64,000 nt of DNA from an uncultured bacterium (GTDB taxonomy: Bacteria > Krumholzibacteriota > Krumholzibacteriia > Krumholzibacteriales > Krumholzibacteriaceae): NCBI GenBank assembly GCA_964584495.1, contig CAZPAH010000001.1, positions 7,393-71,392 on the forward strand, given 5' to 3'. The translations under genes were made by a program, and so were the position numbers. Below the pieces are notes generated by a model that worked only from the letters and a program-made list of their open reading frames with translations, was not told the DNA's origin and did no database searches. This document shows, piece by piece, positions 49,226 through 58,880 of this stretch; position 1 is the first letter of the stretch, and each line of letters begins with the position of its first letter.

Positions 49226-50005
49226 ATGAAAAAAGACACCTTTTCAATAATCATTGTTCCTCATGACCTTAATAAAACGAGGACATACAAGATCCCGTAC
49301 AGGTTTCTCTATGTTTCCCTGGTCTTCCTTGTAATAGGAACGATAGCGCTGGTCGTTTTCTTAGCTACTTACGGAAAACTACTGGTAAAGACGCGGGAAA
49401 CGATGATGCTGGAGAGGCAGGTCGGAGAGTTGACGAGGAGGAATGAGCAGATCGGAGAGCTGATGAGAAACCTCTCTCAGCTTCACGCGATGGATCTTAA
49501 GGTTCGAGGGATGCTGGGGCTTGACATAGCCAGCCAGGATAGTATAGCGATTCGTAATGTTGAATCAGGTGACGATCAGCTTGACAGGGAGGTGCAAGAC
49601 GAAAAATCCCGAATGCTGAGGGCCATACCCGGCTTCTGGCCCGTAAAGGGTTATATTACCAGGGGATTTAGCATTGGCGGGGGAGAGGGCGCCCCCGATT
49701 ATCATCCGGGGATCGATATCGGAGTGGAGAGGGGGGTCCCCGTCCGGGCCGCGGCCGCGGGCTATGTTGAAGATGCCGGATGGGATGATGTCTACGGGTA
49801 TTATATTCAAATCGATCACGGGTATGGTATAAAAACACTTTACGGGCATAACGACAGGCTGGTAGTAGTTAAGGGTGAAAGGGTGGGGAGGGGACAGACC
49901 ATCGCCTACTCGGGGAGCACGGGGGTAAGTTCAGCTCCGCACCTGCATTTCGAGGTGAAGCAGAACAATGTTTATGTAGATCCTTTGAAGTACCTATTGC
50001 AGTGA
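49226..50005 (+). CDS. M23-family metallopeptidase with N-terminal TM/coiled-coil region
   Basis: HPGIDIG...GYYIQIDHG...HLHFEV (HxxxD / HxH M23 motifs). Confidence 0.8.
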   Translation: MKKDTFSIIIVPHDLNKTRTYKIPYRFLYVSLVFLVIGTIALVVFLATYGKLLVKTRETMMLERQVGELTRRNEQIGELMRNLSQLHAMDLKVRGMLGLDIASQDSIAIRNVESGDDQLDREVQDEKSRMLRAIPGFWPVKGYITRGFSIGGGEGAPDYHPGIDIGVERGVPVRAAAAGYVEDAGWDDVYGYYIQIDHGYGIKTLYGHNDRLVVVKGERVGRGQTIAYSGSTGVSSAPHLHFEVKQNNVYVDPLKYLLQ

Positions 50006-50017
50006 GGTTCGGAAAAG

Positions 50018-50494
50018 ATGAAAAAAAATTCAATGAAGGGTGTCACAATCTTCGGGAAAGAGGGTGAAAAGATGATAGCGGAGGGAAAAATGAACTCGAT
50101 TATCGGAAAGGGATGCAAGATCACCGGCACGATCGATGTCCAGGATGGAACGTTGAGGATCGACGGTGAATTCGAGGGGACAGTCAATTGCCCCGGCACG
50201 CTCGTTATAGGTAAAGGTGGCCGGGTCAAAGCCGATGTCAAGGTCAACAACGCTGTTGTCGGCGGCAACGTGATGGGTAATATTGATGCCAACGAGAAGA
50301 TCGAGCTTCAGGCAGGCTCGAGGGTGGAGGGAGATATCAAAACCACTCGGCTCGTAATAGACGAGGGAGTCTTCTTCGAGGGTTCCTGTAAGATGAGCCC
50401 GAGCGAGCAGAGCCGGCGCGCCATGGCGCAGGAGATCTCCCCCTCCGATAAAAAGGGAGAGAAGAAAGAGCCGGCCAACGCCTGGACTAAATAA
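50018..50494 (+). CDS. bactofilin-family cytoskeletal protein
   Basis: Repetitive beta-helical DUF583 core (G.I.G....G.L.I.G...G.V.....V.G.V.G.I....I.L...S.V.GDI); Lys/Glu-rich tail. Confidence 0.75.
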   Translation: MKKNSMKGVTIFGKEGEKMIAEGKMNSIIGKGCKITGTIDVQDGTLRIDGEFEGTVNCPGTLVIGKGGRVKADVKVNNAVVGGNVMGNIDANEKIELQAGSRVEGDIKTTRLVIDEGVFFEGSCKMSPSEQSRRAMAQEISPSDKKGEKKEPANAWTK

Positions 50495-50543
50495 AAGAAA
50501 GATTTGACCGGCAACCGCTGTCCGCCGGGAAGTAAGTGGGAAT

Positions 50544-50574
50544 AAAAAAGGGGATGCCCCCCGCAGGCACCCCC
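50544..50574 (-). terminator. rho-independent terminator for hsp20
   Basis: Minus-strand GGGGGTGCC / 7-nt loop / GGCATCCCC followed by TTTTTTATT. Confidence 0.6.
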
Positions 50575-50601
50575 CTCACATCAAGCGGCGTTATCGAAAC
50601 G

Positions 50602-51048
50602 CTACTTGACCTTGATCTTGATCTCCTTCGGCTTGACGGGCTCTGTCTTGGGCACCGTGAGCTTCAGGACCCCGTCCTTATACTCGGCCTCGACATCTTC
50701 CTCCTTGACGTTTTCGGGAAGAGCGAAGCTTCTGGCGAAAGTACCGTAGCGCCTCTCGCAGATATGGTAGTTCTTCTCCTTCTTATCGTTCTCGAACTTT
50801 CTCTCGCCCCTTATCGTGAGGATGCCTTCCTGGACCTCGATGTTGATATTGTCCTTCTCCATGCCCGGGATCTCGGCTGTGATCTCGAGCCTGTCGTCGA
50901 ACTCCTCGACATCCACTCTTGGAGCCCAATCGAATTTCTGCAGCCCGGTGGCTCCCCTGCCCTCGCCTAAGAAGCTGTCTAACAGTCTTGCCATATCGGT
51001 ATAGACTGCGGGAAAAGCCGTAGGCTGATTCCATCTTACCATTTTCAT
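50602..51048 (-). CDS. Hsp20/alpha-crystallin family small heat-shock protein
   Basis: Alpha-crystallin domain, 148 aa. Confidence 0.85.
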   Translation of the reverse strand: MKMVRWNQPTAFPAVYTDMARLLDSFLGEGRGATGLQKFDWAPRVDVEEFDDRLEITAEIPGMEKDNINIEVQEGILTIRGERKFENDKKEKNYHICERRYGTFARSFALPENVKEEDVEAEYKDGVLKLTVPKTEPVKPKEIKIKVK

Positions 51049-51440
51049 TTCCGTTCCTCCTTGTTTATCGGTCCGCGTTCGCCCTTCTATTTACGACCTA
51101 TTATTAACGCATCTTACGTGCCAAAAGCCAACCGCAAGCATAACCTTTTTATTATTAATACGATACGTCGGTTGTAAAAAACCGTCCCGAAAGATTCCAC
51201 CTCGTTGACTGCCACGCCCTTTACAAAGCCAGCCATATTGGCAGCACATGCCTGCCTTGTGGTGGCATAATGGCAGGCCTGCCATGGCAGGAGCAAAGCA
51301 GGAAAGAGGGCCGGATGGTAGACGGGGGCATAGGCAGGAAAAGGTCAAGGAGCCTGCCCGGAAAGCCGAAATAGAGTATAGGGCAAAGCTAAGAGAGACA
51401 GCCGGGTAAATGGTTTGAATCGATAAAGGACCGGGAAGGG

Positions 51441-54400
51441 ATGAGGGTGAAAAAAGAGAGAAGCATACTCGCGGCGGCTATTGTCGCAGCAGCTATCGCA
51501 TATGGGCTGCCTGCCGAGAGGATCGGACTTTCAGGGAACGAGGCTGCCGGAGGCGGCGCAGGCGAAGGGGAGCTGTACGTAGCCTCGGCCAAAATAGGGG
51601 AAGATTCGGTAGGCGGCTTTGAAAAGGTATATAGGACGGAGATTTCGCCGGCGAGAAGAATTGAACGAGGCTCGGGAAAATACCTCGCCGAAGCGGAGGG
51701 CGGGATTATGCAGGATAAGCCGCGCGATCCCCTGTGGCCCGAGCAGTGGGGGGCTATGCGGATAGGAACCGAAGAAGCTTGGAAGTCGACGACCGGCACG
51801 GCGGATGTCGTGATAGCGATAATAGATACAGGCTGCGATTTGGATCATCCGGACCTAGAAGGCAGCCTCTGGGTGAATGAAGAGGAGAGAGACGGGATTG
51901 AAGGGGTGGATGACGACGGGAACGGCTATATAGATGATATTCACGGCTACGATTTCGTCTCCGTTCCTGCGGAGGATGTCTTCCCCGGGGAGGATCCGGG
52001 ACCGCCGGACTGCGAGCCGTATGACTTCTCGGGCCACGGTACGCACGTGGCGGGGATAGTGGCGGCCGCAGCGGGCAACGGAGAAGGCGTAGAGGGGGTG
52101 GCCCCTTCGTGCCGGCTGATGATACTGAGGGCCGGATATATGTCCGCCGAAGGCTCCTCGCTGCTGAGGGAGAGGGATATCACGGAAGCGCTGGGATATG
52201 CGGCATCGATGGGAGCCGATATCGTGAACATGAGCTTTGCGGGAGAGGGATCGCCGTCTCTTCGCGAGGCGATTTCAGAGGCGGTAAGGGCGGGGGTAAC
52301 GGTCGTGTCGACGGCGGGGAACGGGGGCGAAGGCGGGGTTTCTTATCCGGGCGCCTATGACGAGACGATAGCGGTGGCGGCGGTGGACCTTGCCGGGGAG
52401 CTTGCCGCATTCTCGGGCCGGGGGGGCTGGGTCGATTGCTCGGCACCGGGGGTGGATATAATCTCGACCGAGCCGGAAGGTTACGGCCTGAGGAGCGGGA
52501 CGTCTTCCGCCGCCCCATTCGTGTCGGGTATCGCCGCTCTTGTTGTTTCGCTCCATCAGGACTGGACCCCTTTCCAGGTCAGGGCCCAGATCGTATTCAC
52601 CTGCGAGGAAATATTCGGACCTCCATATCCGGAGCAATACGAAGGGGGCAGAGGTCTTTGCCGGGCAGATATCGCCGTTTCTGCGCGGCCGCTCGAAATT
52701 CTTGAAATCCAATCGGTAGGGATAGATGATGAGGGGGGTGACGGTGACGGCGTCGCGGACCCTGAAGAAGATGTGTGCTTGACCGTCTCGGCGGTCAACT
52801 CGTGGGGAGCTATCGATGGGGGTATAATCCGCATTGAGTCGGTAAGCGATTACATCGAGATGACGAGCAGCGATGAGACGGCGGTAGCGCATGCAAGTGC
52901 CGGAGAGCTGCTGGAGACGGAGGCGGAATTTCACGTCAGGAGGGATGTAGTTCCCGGGAGCGATGCGGGTCTCCGACTGGCGCTTACTTTGGAAGGAGAG
53001 ACGAAATATTTCCCTTTCAAGGTTTTATTGAAGGGAAAACAGCGGCTGGTATGCAGAACGGTTCTTATAGAGGAATTGGATGGTAACGGTAACGGGGGGG
53101 CGGACCACGGGGAGAAGATCAGGCTCGAAGTGGAGATATTGAATCTGGGAGTTAAGGCCCTATCGGCGGCGGCTGAGCTGCTCCCCTGCGAGATCGGGCG
53201 GGGGGAAGGGACGGATATCTTTCAGCTGGGGGATATGGAGAGTGGCGATGTCAAATGGGCCGGATTCATTTTTAATATTGATGGAGAGACGGACGGCGGC
53301 GGGTTGGCGCTTGTTCCGATCGAGGTCTCGAGCGTCGGCTATGAGGAGAAGGAAGAGATAGCGGTGTGGATATCCTACAGGGGGGACGAGGAGAGCGGTG
53401 AAGAGGCAGCGATGCTGCAGAACGGACCGGGACACAGCGGATATTACGACGAAGGCCCCGGGATGCCGATTGAAAGGTGCTGGACGAGGGATCTTGAGGG
53501 GGAGGGGTCGCTGCGGTGCCAGCCCGTTTCGCAGGGGGGTGCGGTCTTTGTGGCGAGGGCCGAGGAGGGGAAAACCGCGGTCTACTCGCTGGAAGCGGAG
53601 GATGGAGCCCTGCTCTGGAAGACGCTTCTTCCGGGGGCGGTGGGGTTTGGACCCTCTTCGATATCCTGGCACAAGGGGGTGATATGCGCGTCGGGAGGCG
53701 CGGCGCTCCACGGAATCGATGCGGAGAAGGGGAGGATAGTTTGGACTTGGTATCCATCTGTACCTGAAGAGCGGGACAGGTTCAGCGTGGGGAATCCAGC
53801 GGCTGCCGGGGGTAAGATATTCGCCACGGTTCATGATAGAGCGGCGGCCGGTCCCGACATGATCTGCCGCCTCGATCAGTTTACCGGAAAGAATGAATGG
53901 ACGGGCTATTGCATGGAGGGCGGCTGTTTCAACGGTGATCCGCCCGCATGCTTCGGCGATGCAGTAATAACGGCAGATCAGGCGGGAGGTGTGACGGCGT
54001 GGAATTCGGCATCGGGGGATCTGCTCTGGTATTCCCGTGCGGAGTGTGCGCCGGCCGTTCCGGTGGCCGCGTTCTCCTCGGCGGTGGTAGTCGCGGACGT
54101 TGAGGGTGTCGTGAGATGTTTCGATACGAGGACGGGGGAGATAAGATGGCAAAGACCGACGGGTGCATCTCCGTCGGGGCCTTTTTGCATCTGCGAAGCG
54201 GAAGGCTCGATCTGGCTGCCCCTGAGGTTTCCCGACAGCCGGGCGTTGTGCTTGATCGAATCCTCGAACGGAGAGATCGTCCGGCTGTTTGAACCCGACG
54301 ATCTTTGCACGGGCCTTTCCATGGCGGGAGATTTTCTCTATGCGACGTCGGGCAACGGCTCGTTCGCACTTTACGACGCGGAACAAGGGGAGGGCGTAGG

Positions 54401-54827
54401 GACGGAGATCAAGGCCTGGAAAGATGTTCGAGACGGGATGTCGGCTTCGATCGCCTTTATATCGAAAGAAAGAGCGTTCGTATCCTTCAACGGCAACGGG
54501 GATGACATCGTCGCGGCGTATCGTTCGGTTAAGGTGCAAACGGCCGCCGGGGGGGCTAGACTCCGCGGCAGCTATCCGAACCCGTTCAATCCCGCGACGA
54601 GAATATTGTTCGAGCTGCCGGGGGAGTGCCGCATAAGCGTGAGGTTGTACGACGCAGGGGGAAGGCTGGTCAAAGAGCTTGCCGCGGGGCGGTACGGAGC
54701 GGGGAATTACGGAATCGACTGGGACGGAAAAAATGACAGGGGCGCCGTGGCGGCAGCCGGCGTTTACTTCTGCGTGCTTGAAGCCGGCGGAAGGCTAAGC
54801 TCGACGAAACTGGTCCTGCTCAGATGA
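51441..54827 (+). CDS. secreted subtilisin-like (S8) serine protease with PQQ-like beta-propeller repeats and C-terminal T9SS-type sorting domain
   Basis: Catalytic triad contexts AIIDTGCDLDHPDL, GHGTHVAGIV, GTSSAAPFVSGIAAL; calcium-binding DDDGNGYIDD; C-terminal domain homologous to that of 27229..29067. Confidence 0.8.
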   Translation: MRVKKERSILAAAIVAAAIAYGLPAERIGLSGNEAAGGGAGEGELYVASAKIGEDSVGGFEKVYRTEISPARRIERGSGKYLAEAEGGIMQDKPRDPLWPEQWGAMRIGTEEAWKSTTGTADVVIAIIDTGCDLDHPDLEGSLWVNEEERDGIEGVDDDGNGYIDDIHGYDFVSVPAEDVFPGEDPGPPDCEPYDFSGHGTHVAGIVAAAAGNGEGVEGVAPSCRLMILRAGYMSAEGSSLLRERDITEALGYAASMGADIVNMSFAGEGSPSLREAISEAVRAGVTVVSTAGNGGEGGVSYPGAYDETIAVAAVDLAGELAAFSGRGGWVDCSAPGVDIISTEPEGYGLRSGTSSAAPFVSGIAALVVSLHQDWTPFQVRAQIVFTCEEIFGPPYPEQYEGGRGLCRADIAVSARPLEILEIQSVGIDDEGGDGDGVADPEEDVCLTVSAVNSWGAIDGGIIRIESVSDYIEMTSSDETAVAHASAGELLETEAEFHVRRDVVPGSDAGLRLALTLEGETKYFPFKVLLKGKQRLVCRTVLIEELDGNGNGGADHGEKIRLEVEILNLGVKALSAAAELLPCEIGRGEGTDIFQLGDMESGDVKWAGFIFNIDGETDGGGLALVPIEVSSVGYEEKEEIAVWISYRGDEESGEEAAMLQNGPGHSGYYDEGPGMPIERCWTRDLEGEGSLRCQPVSQGGAVFVARAEEGKTAVYSLEAEDGALLWKTLLPGAVGFGPSSISWHKGVICASGGAALHGIDAEKGRIVWTWYPSVPEERDRFSVGNPAAAGGKIFATVHDRAAAGPDMICRLDQFTGKNEWTGYCMEGGCFNGDPPACFGDAVITADQAGGVTAWNSASGDLLWYSRAECAPAVPVAAFSSAVVVADVEGVVRCFDTRTGEIRWQRPTGASPSGPFCICEAEGSIWLPLRFPDSRALCLIESSNGEIVRLFEPDDLCTGLSMAGDFLYATSGNGSFALYDAEQGEGVGTEIKAWKDVRDGMSASIAFISKERAFVSFNGNGDDIVAAYRSVKVQTAAGGARLRGSYPNPFNPATRILFELPGECRISVRLYDAGGRLVKELAAGRYGAGNYGIDWDGKNDRGAVAAAGVYFCVLEAGGRLSSTKLVLLR

Positions 54828-54958
54828 ATTTCAACTACAAATTAAGCGGTATGAGATGAAAAATGGTGGAACATTGCCCCCTTTTCACGTATAACACACA
54901 GTAGGAGCGGGGCCGAGGCAAACGTTCAACTATACGGCTGAGAGAAAAAGGAGGACCC

Positions 54959-56836
54959 GTGAAGATAAGGTCCCTAGCGATAGCATTTGCGACAGCGGCT
55001 TTGATTCTGGCGGGCTGCTCGGAGAAGAAGCCGGCGCAGTACACGATCGAGCAGTTTCTCAACACCGTAACGATCCTCGGGGGATCGTTCTCGTATGACG
55101 AGGAACGGATACTCATCACAACCGACAAATCGGGGATCTTGAACTCATACTATATTTCCGTTTCCGGGGGGGAGCAGGTGCAGTTGACCGATTCCGGCGA
55201 TGACGCGGTTTTTTCCCTTTCCTATTTTCCCCACGACGACCGGTTCCTGTTCTTGAGCGACCGGGAGGGCAACGAGATTTATCATATATATCTCAGGGAT
55301 CCCGACGGCCTGGTCACCGATCTCACCCCGTACGAGAACTCCAGGGCCCTCTTCTACGGCTTCACGCATGACGAGAAGAGTTTCCTCTTCGGTTCCAACA
55401 AGAGGGACAAGAAATACATGGATCTCTACATGATGGATATAGAGACGCTCAAGCCGAAGATGATCTATCTCAACGATTCGGGGTACACCTTCAGCTGGAT
55501 ATCGGATGACAAGCGCTTCCTTGCGCTGTCGAAGATATATACCGATCACAACTCGGACATATTTCTCTACGACAGGGAAAACGGAACGCAGAAACACCTG
55601 ACACCGCACAAGGGTGACATCAACTACAGCCCCGTCGAATTCAGCCCGGATTCAAAAAGCCTCTACTATCTGACAGACGAAGGGAGCGAGTTCAGATATC
55701 TGAAAAGCTATGATATAGAGACGGGGGAGACAGGCGTGGTGGAGCAGGAAGATTGGGACATCACATATTCGTATCTTTCCTGGTCGGGCAAGTACCGGAT
55801 AACGGCGATCAACGCCGACGCGAGGACCGAGATAAAGGTCTTTGAAACGGAAACGGGAGAGGAGATAGAGCTTCCATGCCCTCCCGAGGGAGTCATCAGT
55901 GCTCTGGGAATCTCCAGGAGCGACAGGTACATGATCTTCTACGTGAACGGATCCAGATCTCCCAACAACCTCTACATCTACGAATTCGATACCGGCGTAT
56001 ACAGGAGACTCACGAATTCGATGAATCCGGAGATAGATATAGACGATCTTGTGGACGCGCAGGTAATCCGGTACAGGTCTTTCGACGGCGAGGTGATTCC
56101 CGCGATTTATTACGAGCCGCACGGCGTCAAAGAGGGGATGACGATACCGGCCGTCGTGTATGTCCACGGGGGTCCCGGCGGGCAGGCCAGGGTCGGGTAC
56201 AACCACTTCATCCAGTACCTGGTGAATCACGGGTATGCCGTGCTGGCGGTGAACAACAGGGGCAGCACCGGCTACGGCAAGAGGTTCTACAGTCTGGACG
56301 ACAGGAAGCACGGACAGGACGATCTCAAGGATTGCATCGAGGGAAAGAACTGGTTGATAGGAACCGGATATATCGATCAGGACAGGATAGCGATACTGGG
56401 AGCGAGCTACGGCGGCTACATGGCCCTGGCCGCCCTGACATTCGCCCCCGACGAGTTCGCGGCCGGTGTCGATCTCTTCGGAACCGCGAACTGGGTCAGG
56501 ACGCTGAGAAACATCCCGGACTGGTGGGAAGCCTACAGGGAATCGTTCTACAGAGAAATAGGAAATCCGGACACCGAAGAGGAATATCTCAAGAGCATTT
56601 CGCCCCTCTTTCACGCCGACAGAATCGTTAGGCCCCTCATGGTGCTGCAGGGGGCCAACGACCCGAGGGTCCTAAAGGTGGAATCGGATGAGATAGTGGA
56701 AGCCGCGCTCAGCAACGGGGTTGAGGTCGAATATCTCGTCTTCGACGACGAGGGACACGGTTTTCTGAAAAAGGCGAACAGGATCAGGGGTTACAAGGCG
56801 ATATTGGATTTTCTCGATGAACATCTGAAGAGGTAA
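54959..56836 (+). CDS. S9-family peptidase (prolyl oligopeptidase/dipeptidyl aminopeptidase-like) lipoprotein with N-terminal beta-propeller
   Basis: Lipobox LILAGC; GASYGGYMALAA nucleophile elbow; C-terminal alpha/beta hydrolase Asp/His. Confidence 0.8.
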   Translation: MKIRSLAIAFATAALILAGCSEKKPAQYTIEQFLNTVTILGGSFSYDEERILITTDKSGILNSYYISVSGGEQVQLTDSGDDAVFSLSYFPHDDRFLFLSDREGNEIYHIYLRDPDGLVTDLTPYENSRALFYGFTHDEKSFLFGSNKRDKKYMDLYMMDIETLKPKMIYLNDSGYTFSWISDDKRFLALSKIYTDHNSDIFLYDRENGTQKHLTPHKGDINYSPVEFSPDSKSLYYLTDEGSEFRYLKSYDIETGETGVVEQEDWDITYSYLSWSGKYRITAINADARTEIKVFETETGEEIELPCPPEGVISALGISRSDRYMIFYVNGSRSPNNLYIYEFDTGVYRRLTNSMNPEIDIDDLVDAQVIRYRSFDGEVIPAIYYEPHGVKEGMTIPAVVYVHGGPGGQARVGYNHFIQYLVNHGYAVLAVNNRGSTGYGKRFYSLDDRKHGQDDLKDCIEGKNWLIGTGYIDQDRIAILGASYGGYMALAALTFAPDEFAAGVDLFGTANWVRTLRNIPDWWEAYRESFYREIGNPDTEEEYLKSISPLFHADRIVRPLMVLQGANDPRVLKVESDEIVEAALSNGVEVEYLVFDDEGHGFLKKANRIRGYKAILDFLDEHLKR

Positions 56837-56877
56837 GATGCTGGTGGGGGCCGGTCCTCCTGAATGGAAAAGAGCAT

Positions 56878-57861
56878 ATGAGCGACAACAACGACGAGCT
56901 GGTGCTCGTCCGATTCGAATCGGCATATTCGAGACTGAAGAAAGAGATCGAGAAGGTTATAGTGGGGCAGCAGGTCGTGATCGACGAGCTGCTCATCACC
57001 CTCTTCTCGGGAGGGCACTGCCTTCTCGTCGGCGTTCCCGGGCTGGCCAAGACCCTTCTCGTTTCGACGGTGGCGGGCTGCCTGGGGCTGAAGTTCTCAC
57101 GGATACAGTTCACCCCCGATCTTATGCCGAGCGATATAATGGGAACGGAGGTGCTGGAGGAGGACAAGACCACCCATACCCGCGTATTCAGGTTTCTGAA
57201 GGGGCCGGTATTCGGAAATGTCGTACTGGCCGACGAGATCAACCGCACTCCGCCTAAAACGCAATCGGCGCTCCTTCAGGCGATGCAGGAGTACCACGTT
57301 ACGGTCGGGGGGAAAACTTACGGGCTTGAAAAGCCGTTCTTCGTCCTGGCTACGCAGAACCCGATAGAGCTCGAGGGGACATATCCCCTGCCCGAGGCCC
57401 AGCTCGACAGGTTCATGTTCAATATCCGGGTAGACTACCCGTCAGAGGAAGAGGAACTCCGGATCGTAGACGAAACGACCTCTTCCCCTCCCGGCATCAC
57501 CTCGAGAGTGCTCGAAGGGGAGGATATTGTAGGCATTCAGGGTATGATCAGGAAGGTCCCCGTAGCGGAAAAGATACTTTCCTACGCGGTAAGGCTGGTT
57601 CGCGCGAGCAGGGGGAACGGGATCCCGGGGGTGGGAGAGTACCTCTCGTGGGGGGCCGGGCCGAGGGCCGGGCAGTATCTGCTTCTCGGGGCAAAAACCA
57701 GAGCGGTAATGAAGGGCAGAACGGCACCCGACATGGAAGACCTGCGCGCCGTTGCGCGGCCGGTTCTAAGGCACAGGCTTGTCACGAATTTCCACGCAGA
57801 GGCGGATGGGATCACGACCGAAGATCTGGTGGAACGCCTGCTTGAAGCCGTTCAACCTTGA
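56878..57861 (+). CDS. MoxR-family AAA+ ATPase
   Basis: Walker A GVPGLAKT, Walker B VVLADEINR, AAA_3 family length and C-terminal lid. Confidence 0.85.
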   Translation: MSDNNDELVLVRFESAYSRLKKEIEKVIVGQQVVIDELLITLFSGGHCLLVGVPGLAKTLLVSTVAGCLGLKFSRIQFTPDLMPSDIMGTEVLEEDKTTHTRVFRFLKGPVFGNVVLADEINRTPPKTQSALLQAMQEYHVTVGGKTYGLEKPFFVLATQNPIELEGTYPLPEAQLDRFMFNIRVDYPSEEEELRIVDETTSSPPGITSRVLEGEDIVGIQGMIRKVPVAEKILSYAVRLVRASRGNGIPGVGEYLSWGAGPRAGQYLLLGAKTRAVMKGRTAPDMEDLRAVARPVLRHRLVTNFHAEADGITTEDLVERLLEAVQP

Positions 57862-57898
57862 GCCGGCATCGAAGTCGAAAAAACGGGACGAAGCCGCC

Positions 57899-58804
57899 AT
57901 GCCCTTGAATAGAACGGGACATTCCGAATTTCTCAACCCCGAAACGGTAAGCCGGCTGGCCAATATGGAGCTCAGGGCGAGATTGATCGTCGAAGGGTTC
58001 ATTGCAGGTCTACACAGGTCACCCTACCACGGCTTCTCGGTCGAATTTGCCGAGTACAGACAGTACAACGACGGGGAATCGACGAGGAATGTCGACTGGA
58101 AGATTTTCGCGAAAACAGACAGATATTACCTGAAGGTATTCGAGGATGAGACGAACCTCAGCGCTACTATTCTTCTCGACAGGAGCGCTTCAATGGATTT
58201 TGGAAGCGGCGCCGTAACAAAGCTCCGGTACGCCTCGTTTCTGTCGGCGGCGCTCGGGTACCTCATGATCAAGCAGCGCGATGCGGTCGGTCTGGCGGTG
58301 TTCGATGAGAAGATTAACACGATAATACCGCACAGGTCAGTAAGACGGCAGCTTTTTCACCTTATGAACACTCTTGAAAGGGTGGAACCGGGCGCGAAGA
58401 CCGGGATAAGCCGGGCGCTGCACGAAATAGCGGAGAGGATAAAAAGACGGGGGCTCGTGATACTGTTGAGCGACCTGTTCGACGATCCTGACGCCGTGAT
58501 CAACGGGCTGAAGCATATAAGGCATCGCGGACACGAGATCGTCCTTTTTCATATCCTCGACCCGGCAGAGCTGGAGCTGGATTATAAAGGAGAAGTCAGG
58601 TTCGTTGATAGGGAGACCGGCGAAAAGCTACGGACTCAGCCGCATTTCCTCAGAAAGGAATACAGGAGAAGCGTGGGGGAATGGATAGGCCGGTTCGAAA
58701 AGAGATGCAAGGAGAACGCGATAGATTATAATACGGTAAAGATCGATACGCCGTTCGACCAGGCACTTGTCTCGTACCTGAGCAAAAGGAAGAGGATGAG
58801 ATAA
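57899..58804 (+). CDS. DUF58 domain protein (vWA-like, MoxR partner)
   Basis: EFAEYRQYNDGESTRNVDWK...ATILLDRSASM, DUF58 landmarks; ATG 57899 chosen, 37 nt after moxR stop. Confidence 0.75.
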   Translation: MPLNRTGHSEFLNPETVSRLANMELRARLIVEGFIAGLHRSPYHGFSVEFAEYRQYNDGESTRNVDWKIFAKTDRYYLKVFEDETNLSATILLDRSASMDFGSGAVTKLRYASFLSAALGYLMIKQRDAVGLAVFDEKINTIIPHRSVRRQLFHLMNTLERVEPGAKTGISRALHEIAERIKRRGLVILLSDLFDDPDAVINGLKHIRHRGHEIVLFHILDPAELELDYKGEVRFVDRETGEKLRTQPHFLRKEYRRSVGEWIGRFEKRCKENAIDYNTVKIDTPFDQALVSYLSKRKRMR

Positions 58805-58880
58805 GGAAGACGCCGTAATAACCACTGTTCCCCCGTGCGGACCCGGGATCCGAGAATCGACCGAACCCGAAAGAGCCCCA

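Noticed and set aside
54881-54896. parS-like sequence TTTTCACGTATAACAC upstream of the S9 peptidase
   Set aside because: Four mismatches to the 16-bp parS palindrome and loss of dyad symmetry. Probably fortuitous.
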